Source: a virus | Direction: 5' to 3' (one strand) | IMG/VR virus record: IMGVR_UViG_3300032516_000009 | Coordinates: 46,923 to 110,922 of that record | Length of the DNA: 64,000 nucleotides | In this document: piece by piece, positions 36,882 to 44,565 of the stretch | Numbering within the stretch: position 1 is the stretch's first letter | How the letters are laid out: every line of letters begins with the position of its first letter | The notes under the pieces: generated by a model | What the model was told of the DNA's origin: nothing | Database searches by the model: none | What the model saw: only the letters and a program-made list of their open reading frames with translations | Made by a program: the position numbers and the translations under genes

Positions 36882-37023
36882 TGAAGCTGGATCTTTGACA
36901 GATTGAATATCTGTTGCCTTACCATTAGGCTATTCCCCCATTGTAGAGTCAGATGACTCGGCGGGGAAAGGGGACTCGAACCCCCATAGCTTTTGCTTGT
37001 GAGCTTCACGTAGTGGGTACTGC
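36867..37023 (-). ncRNA. YrlA-like RNA C1 (circularly permuted tRNA on the shared module)
   Basis: GTACCC-ACTAC-GTGAAGCT-CACAAGC, then T arm, acceptor closed by a GAGTC/GACTC hairpin, D arm, anticodon-like arm, then AGCTTCAT-TACTC-GGGTAC. Confidence 0.85.
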
Positions 37024-37025
37024 GG

Positions 37026-37099
37026 TGCTCCCACCGGGGTACGATCCCGGACCTCCAGCTTGAAGGGCTGGCCACCTATCCGTTTAGTTAGATGGGAGC
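37026..37099 (-). tRNA. tRNA-Glu(TTC), C33
   Basis: CCAGC-CCTTCAA-GCTGG; T loop ATCGTAC. Confidence 0.85.
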
Positions 37100-37417
37100 A
37101 AGTTCGTTCCTACGGAACTCGTTACCGTCAATGATACGAACGAATGTTCGTTGAAAATCTTGTTTATTCCATACTATGATATCTCCACCACAGCGAACAT
37201 CAATCAAATTGTCACTAAATTTATCTCCCAAATCGGTTATATCGACTTTAACGCCAACTCTTAAAAACTTAAGAAATCGAGGATCCTTTTTCGCATCATT
37301 GCATTCAGATTGCGTCGGTGGTCGGATACGTACGTAATCGCCTAATTTAATAGAACCTTGCATGAAGGAGTTAATGACTTCTTCACCATATCTTGACAGT
37401 CTGTCCCAATTTTTCAT
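37088..37417 (-). CDS. Hypothetical protein
   Basis: 109-aa ORF with upstream GTGTATAGT motif. Confidence 0.6.
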   Translation of the reverse strand: MKNWDRLSRYGEEVINSFMQGSIKLGDYVRIRPPTQSECNDAKKDPRFLKFLRVGVKVDITDLGDKFSDNLIDVRCGGDIIVWNKQDFQRTFVRIIDGNEFRRNELAPI

Positions 37418-37458
37418 GAATTACTATACACGTAGAGCTTTGTTTGTACGGTCTAAGT

Positions 37459-37956
37459 ATGTCAGATCAAATTAAGTCATGGGGACAATTGCTCAAAGAA
37501 TGGATGGTAAATTTCTTTGGTGCGCTTTCTAAGAAGCCTAATATCATGCTACTTTACTTGCTTGTAATCGGAGGTTGGGTGTCAGGTATAAAAACCTGTA
37601 ACAAGGTCGATGTTGCCTCCGGAAAAGCTGCTGGGGCAGCTCAAGTAGCAGATGAAGCTAAAAAGACAGCAGAGAACAAGGATTTAGAACAGGCATCTTA
37701 TGAAGCTTTGGCTAAAACAATTGAAGATTTGCAGACGGAAAATGACGCGGTAAAAGAGCGGTTAGCGTTATTATTAGGACATGTCCAGAATATCGCAGCT
37801 CAACCGCCAGCAGTTGTTAGAGTGTTTACTCCAACAGGACCCGTGTCAGCTGCGCCACCTATTAAGCCACCGTTAGTTCCATCTTCAATAATAGATGAAC
37901 CGGCTCCGCCCCCACCTCCTGCATGGGAGACACTCAAATCTCAGATGAAGAAGTAG
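37459..37956 (+). CDS. Membrane-anchored coiled-coil, Pro-rich protein
   Basis: One TM segment, coiled coil, poly-Pro tail. Confidence 0.65.
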   Translation: MSDQIKSWGQLLKEWMVNFFGALSKKPNIMLLYLLVIGGWVSGIKTCNKVDVASGKAAGAAQVADEAKKTAENKDLEQASYEALAKTIEDLQTENDAVKERLALLLGHVQNIAAQPPAVVRVFTPTGPVSAAPPIKPPLVPSSIIDEPAPPPPPAWETLKSQMKK

Positions 37957-38007
37957 AGCCCGCTGCGACTTACGAAATCACTGCTCTACCTGCTGAGCTA
38001 TGTGGGC
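37957..38007 (-). pseudogene. tRNA-Thr(CGT) remnant lacking the T arm
   Basis: D and anticodon arms nearly identical to the 13723 tRNA; 51 nt. Confidence 0.75.
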
Positions 38008-38015
38008 AAAAGCTG

Positions 38016-38176
38016 AGTATCCGAGGAGAAGGACGTTGTCTTTACTCAAGACGGATTGAAAGATCCGTTGCCTATTCCATTCGGCCACTCCGGCAGATTT
38101 AGAGTCTAAAGACTCGGAGCCGGAGGCAGGAGTCGAACCTGCATTTTGTGCGTGTTTGTCCATCGAATCGGATACC
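38016..38176 (-). ncRNA. YrlA-like RNA C2 (circularly permuted tRNA on the shared module)
   Basis: GTATCC-GATTC-GATGGACA-AACACGC, T arm GCAGG-TTCGACT-CCTGC, acceptor CTCCGGC/GCCGGAG closed by a GAGTC/GACTC hairpin, D arm, then CGTCCTTC-TCCTC-GGATAC. Confidence 0.85.
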
Positions 38177-38205
38177 GATAGCGCCAGAGGTTGGGTTCGC
38201 ACCAA

Positions 38206-38868
38206 CTAAGTGTCTCCTATATGAGACTCACTAGCTTTCTTGGCCCAGTAACCTGGACCGGGAGTTGGAATACCTCGTTTATCACAGTGTTTTTTAACGG
38301 CCTTATCAGAAACGCCAAGTTGTTTAGATATCGTAGTCATTGGTTTTTTCCAGACCAGAAGTCGTAACTTGGCGTTTATTGGCCATATTGTTCTAATTTT
38401 TCTACCTTTCTCTTGTACTATTAATCTATGCGCTTGATGCATATTTTGACATATTTTATTACAAAAGTGTAATGCATATTTCATTTGTGATGGTATTTTA
38501 TATATTTCTTTATTACAGTATGCACATAAAACCAAGCTACCTTTGGGCTTCTTAAATTCTGAAAGTTTGCGCTGATACTCTTTAATTCTCGACAAATTCA
38601 ACTCATAGTGCATTTCCTTATGGCAGTTAGAACATAATAAATCACATTTATCCAATTCTTTTACAACCCTTTCCCACTTAATGGATCTACCATTTGATAT
38701 TCTAAAATCTTTCTGTGAAGGATCTCTATGGTGGAATTCCATCGCCGCCATACACTTAAAATATCCGCATTTAATACATTTACCGCCCAAGTAATCAACA
38801 GCTTTGATTTTCATTTGACGTCGAAATTCAGCCACTGCCATTCGAAAATATTCTCTTCTGGTTCCCAT
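38206..38868 (-). CDS. HNH endonuclease with C-terminal HTH
   Basis: MEFHHRDP...KCDLLCSNCHKEMH; LGVSDKAVKK. Confidence 0.9.
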   Translation of the reverse strand: MGTRREYFRMAVAEFRRQMKIKAVDYLGGKCIKCGYFKCMAAMEFHHRDPSQKDFRISNGRSIKWERVVKELDKCDLLCSNCHKEMHYELNLSRIKEYQRKLSEFKKPKGSLVLCAYCNKEIYKIPSQMKYALHFCNKICQNMHQAHRLIVQEKGRKIRTIWPINAKLRLLVWKKPMTTISKQLGVSDKAVKKHCDKRGIPTPGPGYWAKKASESHIGDT

Positions 38869-38891
38869 CCTTAACTTTACCAAAGAGGAAA

Positions 38892-38967
38892 TGGCGACCG
38901 CGGCAGGGTATGATCCTGCGACCATTCGCTTAACAGGCGAACGCTCTACCAACTGAGCTACGCGGTC
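38892..38967 (-). tRNA. tRNA-Asn(GTT)
   Basis: TTCGC-CTGTTAA-GCGAA; CCA. Confidence 0.9.
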
Positions 38968-38968
38968 G

Positions 38969-39042
38969 TGGTAGGGGAACCGGGATTCGAACCCGGATTC
39001 TAGGCTTCAAAGGCCTATGTCCTGCCATTGGACGATTCCCCT
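38969..39042 (-). tRNA. tRNA-Gln(TTG)
   Basis: TAGGC-CTTTGAA-GCCTA; CCA. Confidence 0.9.
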
Positions 39043-39044
39043 GT

Positions 39045-39076
39045 AAAAGGAGTCCTCCTCGGGTGAAGAGGACTCC
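39045..39076 (-). terminator. Intrinsic-terminator-like hairpin inside the tRNA array
   Basis: GGAGTCCTC/GAGGACTCC stem followed by TTTT. Confidence 0.5.
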
Positions 39077-39166
39077 CAGGAGAGGTACGATCACTCGCTT
39101 GCGCGGCGACCGCCCAAAGTCCTGTCAGGTTGTCAGAGAGCAAGGGGTTTTTGCAAAACCCCCGGT

Positions 39167-39241
39167 TGGCTGGGGAAGAAGGGGTCGAACCTTCAACTTC
39201 TAGTTCCAGAGACTAGCGTTCTGCCATTGAACTATTCCCCA
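39167..39241 (-). tRNA. tRNA-Gln(CTG)
   Basis: CTAGT-CTCTGGA-ACTAG; CCA. Confidence 0.9.
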
Positions 39242-39246
39242 ATTTC

Positions 39247-39322
39247 TGGTGGGCCAAGACGGGGTCGAACCGTCGACCTGTCGGTTAAGAGCCGACTGCT
39301 CTACCGATTGAGCTATTGACCC
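39247..39322 (-). tRNA. tRNA-Lys(CTT)
   Basis: GTCGG-CTCTTAA-CCGAC; CCA. Confidence 0.9.
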
Positions 39323-39330
39323 GTTGCGAG

Positions 39331-39403
39331 TGGGACCGGTCGGATTTGAACCGACGACCCGCCGGTTAAAAGCCGGCAGCTCTACCAACTGAGCTACGAT
39401 CCC
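39331..39403 (-). tRNA. tRNA-Lys(TTT)
   Basis: GCCGG-CTTTTAA-CCGGC. Confidence 0.9.
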
Positions 39404-39575
39404 GCAGTAAGTCGTTGCTCTATTGGTTTTATCTTTGTCACGACGATCTCCTTTTCCCAACAACTGATGTAGAGAAAATCTCCGTTTTTGTCCAAGTGAA
39501 CATGAGAATTAGCGCTAGGGAATTGTGCGCTAAGTTTCTGTTCCAGTCGTTTTGCTTCTATCTTAGTCATTGTTT

Positions 39576-39661
39576 TGGTGGGGCGTGAGGGATTTGAACC
39601 CCCGTGGGACTATGCCATCTGGTTTACAGCCAGACCTCATCAACCGCTCGAGCAACGCCCC
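39576..39661 (-). tRNA. tRNA-Tyr(GTA)
   Basis: TCTGG-CTGTAAA-CCAGA; variable arm; CCA. Confidence 0.9.
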
Positions 39662-39880
39662 ATGAATCAAGGGTGCGCGCACGCGCTGCGGTATAATATG
39701 TCCTGACTTTTCCCATTTGCCGAGTCTTTCTGTTGTGAAGTCTCTTACGAACCGCTTTCATTCCGCTGGTCAGCAGGCCCGAGCCTCGGCCCTGCGTTCT
39801 TGTCTCGCACGGAAGCATTTTGAACGCTGGAAAACTGTGTCTGTTGTGACTTCGTATCATCTTGAACTCCAATAACGCTG

Positions 39881-40105
39881 AGGGCCACCGGGAATCTCTT
39901 CCGGGCGGCCCTCTGTGTCGTTACCGACTAACTGACACTAAGGGCCGCCGGGATCCTCCTTGAGATTGCGGGCCTGGCAGCTTTCGTGAATCAAACTAAA
40001 CAGGCCCGCTTGCGCTTTATAGGAGGTACCGGGCACACACGGGACCGTCATGGTTGCCAATGATGGCGACCACAAGGTCATAGTTTGTGTCCGTCCTAGT
40101 GTCAT
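39881..40105 (-). promoter_or_regulatory. Candidate leader-peptide attenuator of the tRNA array
   Basis: 55-codon ORF 40105-39938 ends on a segment that competes with hairpin 39881-39912. Confidence 0.5.
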
Positions 40106-40154
40106 CGAACTTGGTGTCCCTTAGTCGAACTATACAACGACCAACGTCTAGTTT

Positions 40155-40183
40155 AACATAGCATATCCGCGCTCATTTGTCAA
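40155..40183 (-). promoter_or_regulatory. Sigma70-type promoter at the 5' end of the tRNA array
   Basis: TTGACA-17 nt-TATGTT with extended TG. Confidence 0.7.
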
Positions 40184-40210
40184 TACATCGCATTCAGTGT
40201 AATTTTCGAA

Positions 40211-40444
40211 ATGGTCGAATTGCCTCGCGTTTTTGAAAACGGAACGATTACGTTAACGGTAAATCCTGATGGGTTTAGGCTTTATGTCGGATCGCTCGAG
40301 GTCGATCGCGTTGACGATGTCAAGATAGATCTCAATAGGTTAAATAGGCCTGATATATCCGTCAAAATAGGTGATGGGACATCGCTCGAAATAGATGAGA
40401 CGATGCGTATATTAAAAACGTTTCCGTGGCTGAAGATTGTCTAA
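40211..40444 (+). CDS. Small beta-rich protein, resembles 52887
   Basis: LYVGSLEVDRVDDVKIDL...LKTFPW versus IFVDEERINLISRLDIKI...LAKIPY. Confidence 0.6.
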   Translation: MVELPRVFENGTITLTVNPDGFRLYVGSLEVDRVDDVKIDLNRLNRPDISVKIGDGTSLEIDETMRILKTFPWLKIV

Positions 40445-40460
40445 TATCTATCTGTGATCT

Positions 40461-41021
40461 TTATTTATGCTTCTGTCTTTTTAAATGTATTCCGATTTGG
40501 TCCGGGTATTTTATCATGTAATCATACGCCGATTTGAAGTATCCCTTAATCGGAATGGCGGTATCTCTTTTCATTAATTTTTCGAATATTAACTCCCCGT
40601 CAGACTCTGACCATATCCATTCTTCAGTTATCGGAACATCTGGTTCGGCCTGACTCCAAACATTTCCGTATGGAAACATCAATAATATAAATTCAATTTT
40701 TTCAAATCTGGGTTCAGGATCAGAATAATATTTTTCACGTCTCTTAATCGACAGGTATGCTCCTTCTGGTAGCTTTATTCCTTCCGGAGACGTGGTTATC
40801 CATCTCTTTATGGACATCCATTTGACTTCCGGAGCTTTATATCCCATTTTCTTTCGGTAGGGGAGAGAACAGTTGTAAAGCGCCGATGGCGACAACCCGC
40901 TCAACCAAGGACGGAAATTTCTTGGTATTCCGTTGCATGAATGTACAGACTCAATCCAAATTGGATTTAATCTATCAATCCGTTGCTGAATTTTTTCTCT
41001 TAATTCGTTGTCCATACTCAT
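40461..41021 (-). CDS. Hypothetical protein
   Basis: ATGA overlap with the upstream gene. Confidence 0.65.
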   Translation of the reverse strand: MSMDNELREKIQQRIDRLNPIWIESVHSCNGIPRNFRPWLSGLSPSALYNCSLPYRKKMGYKAPEVKWMSIKRWITTSPEGIKLPEGAYLSIKRREKYYSDPEPRFEKIEFILLMFPYGNVWSQAEPDVPITEEWIWSESDGELIFEKLMKRDTAIPIKGYFKSAYDYMIKYPDQIGIHLKRQKHK

Positions 41022-41377
41022 CGTTCACATTGATTCTTGATCATCATCATTCTCATCTGATCATCATTCAATGTTTCGCGCTCATGCAAAACTGGCGGAG
41101 AAAATATTTTAGTTATTTGATATGTTTCTAATCCAGAACATTCATCGATAATTGGCACTTCAGCAATGGTTAGACATGGCCCATGCTCTACAGCCAATTT
41201 CTTACTTTCCTCAGATAATACACCAGGATCAACCGGTTTTTTACCGTACCCGCCAATCAAACGACATAACATCATCTGTCCACTGGGTAGCACCAGAGGT
41301 GAAGATCCTGATTTTGGACAATGACTAGATACTCGACAATTTACACACTCAACAGATAAAATATGCGGTAATGACAT
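41018..41377 (-). CDS. Hypothetical Cys-containing protein
   Basis: 119-aa ORF. Confidence 0.6.
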   Translation of the reverse strand: MSLPHILSVECVNCRVSSHCPKSGSSPLVLPSGQMMLCRLIGGYGKKPVDPGVLSEESKKLAVEHGPCLTIAEVPIIDECSGLETYQITKIFSPPVLHERETLNDDQMRMMMIKNQCER

Positions 41378-41403
41378 ATAATTACATTACCGACTGATAT
41401 AAT

Positions 41404-41865
41404 TTAAGATTCCATAATCGTAACTAAATCTTTGGCTAGCCTATCGGCCTCGAGCATATCCACCGGACCCGCAGGTCGGACTACAAGCCTGACTTCATTT
41501 AAAAGATTTTGAAATCTCCCAAGTTCTTTATCTGCAGACTGGATGGCTTCAAAATTTAAAGGGTTATACAACAATCTAGTATCTTTGTCGAGATTGTATA
41601 ATAACTTAATATCCTCACTGGACAAATTAGATAAGTATATAGTCTCTTCCGTATTCTGAGATACAATTTCATAACACATACGGGACATGATATGTATAGC
41701 CCTTAGTACATTCTTCATTGGGCCATTACCATTCACGACATCTTTATAATTCGGACCAACAATCACTGTCCGAATTTTGGAGCGCATGATACTGAACAGA
41801 ATTTCAGCTGTTCGATTATCTAATTCGATTGTGGCCAACCCGTTAGTTATTGTAACGCCATTCAC
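41404..41865 (-). CDS. Hypothetical protein with C-terminal tag
   Basis: Ends DLVTIMES. Confidence 0.6.
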   Translation of the reverse strand: MNGVTITNGLATIELDNRTAEILFSIMRSKIRTVIVGPNYKDVVNGNGPMKNVLRAIHIMSRMCYEIVSQNTEETIYLSNLSSEDIKLLYNLDKDTRLLYNPLNFEAIQSADKELGRFQNLLNEVRLVVRPAGPVDMLEADRLAKDLVTIMES

Positions 41866-41904
41866 AATATATTATACACACCTTTACCCCAAATTTACAA
41901 TTAA

Positions 41905-42705
41905 CTATCTTTCGGTAGGTGGCTTGGTGGATATTTGATCCTCTCTTTCAGCATCTCGATTATATTGTTCGGCGGCTTCTTGAAATTTATCGGAGTGGAA
42001 TCTCCACTGTTCAAATTCATGAATAGGGTCTTTGGTTTTACCTTTTTCTTTTGACTTAGGATACCCATCTAATTCGAATTCATAATCATACATTATACTA
42101 TCGACACCTATAGTTACATCAAAATCATGGGTAACCATGTGTAATACTGGAGGTTCGTCATTAGTAATTTCAAACTTCCATCCCTTTTGTTTTGCCTCGG
42201 TTTGAAGGTTAATTAAAATACGTTCTTCCATCCTAAAATCCGCGGGGTTCGCAGCAGCATAGTGTTTAACTATAGAATGAAGTAAATCGAAATTGGGCAA
42301 TATTATCATTCGTCGCATTAATTTGGATGAACATTGTCCGGAATGTTCTATATCAGATGCTATGCGCCGAAGCATGACAGCATATGCACCAGGGTCAATC
42401 GATGCTTTTTGTTTAAGAGTTTCTTCCTCATCCTCTTCTCCAGGCATGCCCTTCCTGAGAAATTTTGTGAGCACGTCAAGAGGCTTATTGGTAATCTTAT
42501 GCGTAGAATCTGATGGATCATCCTCTGCTTCGACATCTACATTATACATAACATATTTCGCATCTATCTTTACTGATATGTCAGTAAGATCTTGACCAAA
42601 GAATGCCCCATCTTTCGTTATTTCCGATCGCCACTTGGGCGGTGGGAAATAATCTTTAATATCCTTCATTATCACTAATGCAAATCTACTACGCATATCA
42701 TACAA
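41905..42705 (-). CDS. Acidic protein with an internal duplication and an internal LRRIA motif
   Basis: Two similar halves (VMYNVDVE..TNKPL and IMYDYEFE..TKDPI). Confidence 0.65.
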   Translation of the reverse strand: MYDMRSRFALVIMKDIKDYFPPPKWRSEITKDGAFFGQDLTDISVKIDAKYVMYNVDVEAEDDPSDSTHKITNKPLDVLTKFLRKGMPGEEDEEETLKQKASIDPGAYAVMLRRIASDIEHSGQCSSKLMRRMIILPNFDLLHSIVKHYAAANPADFRMEERILINLQTEAKQKGWKFEITNDEPPVLHMVTHDFDVTIGVDSIMYDYEFELDGYPKSKEKGKTKDPIHEFEQWRFHSDKFQEAAEQYNRDAEREDQISTKPPTER

Positions 42706-42719
42706 TATTTATAGGAGAG

Positions 42720-43646
42720 CTATCTATAACCCAGGAATGCATGCATAACCTGTTTAATTAGAATGTCTGGACTCGGAAGCCCCTGCATATTGCATCCGGC
42801 GGCCTTATCGTGCCCTCCACCGCCAAATTTTTCGGCAATCAATCTAACATTGACTTTATCATTTGAACGGAATGAGACGACCGTACGAGGGTTGTCTCCA
42901 TGCATATAGAAATATGAGACAGCTACATCGATCCCATAATCTGTCCGTAAGAACTCAGCCGTGTCACTGAATGTCGGTTCTGTTAAATTAAAGAATGCAA
43001 ATTCGCATTGTTGATAGTTAATAATCTCTATCTGCGTGTGGGCAGTTTTCGCAATGACCTTGGTCTTACGTTTGATCTTATCGATAACTAACTTTCCTAA
43101 TTGATATATTTTATCGAAATCGAGAAAATTTATGGATTCCAGCAATGAATCATGGCCTGCAGATAATAGGCCGTGGCCCATTGCTGCAGCATGATACCAA
43201 TCAGGGTGTTTCGTATTCCAGGTATCACGAATAGCACATAACTTTGCAAAATTTTCCCACCGATGTAATTCGTCTTCAGAAATTAAGTCCCTGATCGGAT
43301 ACATCAAATATTCATAGGCCAGTAACGCTCCTGATTTACTTTCGTCTCCAAATACTCCGTTGAGCATGCGCGTTACAGTTTCGGCCGTTTTATGGTGGTC
43401 CAGTACGATCGGATCGAGATTAACCCAATCTTGCCATCGGGTTAATGGGGGCGTGATGTCCACAAACAACTGATGGGGCTTGGCTTCTAGATTCTTGTGT
43501 TCTGGTGTCTGATATTGAATAAAATGAATTTCTGGTTTAATACCTATGATTTCAGCGACTTTCGCACATATGAGTGCCGAAGCTATCCCATCAGGACAAG
43601 ATGCGTGAACGTAAATCTCAGTTATTTGTTTGAATCTTTCGATCAT
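42720..43646 (-). CDS. DHH/DHHA1 family phosphoesterase
   Basis: HASCPDG, FVD, LDHH, SFRS, FGGGGHDKAAG. Confidence 0.9.
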   Translation of the reverse strand: MIERFKQITEIYVHASCPDGIASALICAKVAEIIGIKPEIHFIQYQTPEHKNLEAKPHQLFVDITPPLTRWQDWVNLDPIVLDHHKTAETVTRMLNGVFGDESKSGALLAYEYLMYPIRDLISEDELHRWENFAKLCAIRDTWNTKHPDWYHAAAMGHGLLSAGHDSLLESINFLDFDKIYQLGKLVIDKIKRKTKVIAKTAHTQIEIINYQQCEFAFFNLTEPTFSDTAEFLRTDYGIDVAVSYFYMHGDNPRTVVSFRSNDKVNVRLIAEKFGGGGHDKAAGCNMQGLPSPDILIKQVMHAFLGYR

Positions 43647-44518
43647 ATGCTTACCATAGACCCAGGACGTCCGGACTCCAGTATATACTTCATGGCTTTG
43701 TCCACTTTCAAATCCAAGTCATGTATGCTACCATCATTATTCAGTACAAAGTCAAATTCTGAATCCGGAATAGTAGCTTGTTCAAGCTCTGATCTGTGTT
43801 GATATGGTGGCTTCGGAATACTTGGCATTTTGACCCTAATAATAATTGGAATAACATCACCTTTCCCATATTCTCTTGTTAATTTGATCTCATGCTTATG
43901 TCTAAAATCTGGTGAACAAGTAACAATATATTCGGGGTCGATCAATAAAGGAATAACTATATATGATATTCCTTTCATATTTGAATAACAACAATGACGC
44001 CATTCTCTAGCTACTTGTATTTGAGTTTCGATTGATTTCCTAATCCAAGTATTTAAGTACATAGTATTCATTAATTCGCAATGTCCCTGCAATGTCTCTC
44101 TTGGAGATAACCAAAAATTTGGGTCTCCTTTTTCCACATAATAAATTTTATGCCTTTTTACATTTTCACATGGAAGTTGGTAATACGAATTATCGACACA
44201 GGAGAATAAATAATATTCTTTATTTGGATCGAGCTTTGTCGGTTTGCCATCCAAAGATAAATTCCCAGTGTCACTTGGATCAATAACTTTGATTAATTCG
44301 AATTTATGATGTTTTGGATATCTCAAATCGCCAGCATTGCGTTTTTCACTTGGACCGAATAGCTGTTCTTCAGTAAACCCATACAAATCGGCCATGTGGC
44401 GCTTGGCTGGATCAGCAAGCCCTATTCTGATGGCTTTAAATTGTTCTATTAACCTATTGGCTATAGTATCTTTTCCAGTACCAGAAAAACCGGATATTCC
44501 TATCATATAATGTCGCAT
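43643..44518 (-). CDS. Deoxynucleoside monophosphate kinase
   Basis: GISGFSGTGKDT, LADPAK, SPRETLQ, DFRHKHE, HRSE. Confidence 0.85.
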   Translation of the reverse strand: MRHYMIGISGFSGTGKDTIANRLIEQFKAIRIGLADPAKRHMADLYGFTEEQLFGPSEKRNAGDLRYPKHHKFELIKVIDPSDTGNLSLDGKPTKLDPNKEYYLFSCVDNSYYQLPCENVKRHKIYYVEKGDPNFWLSPRETLQGHCELMNTMYLNTWIRKSIETQIQVAREWRHCCYSNMKGISYIVIPLLIDPEYIVTCSPDFRHKHEIKLTREYGKGDVIPIIIRVKMPSIPKPPYQHRSELEQATIPDSEFDFVLNNDGSIHDLDLKVDKAMKYILESGRPGSMVSI

Positions 44519-44565
44519 TATTTCTCCGACTTTATTGTTCTGCGTTATTATACAATGGGAAATGT

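Noticed and set aside
23048-38176. Suppressor or selenocysteine tRNAs (TTA in the A1 loop, TTCA in the C1/C2 loops)
   Set aside because: The loops are not canonical anticodon loops in a normal cloverleaf; these RNAs are permuted or expanded.
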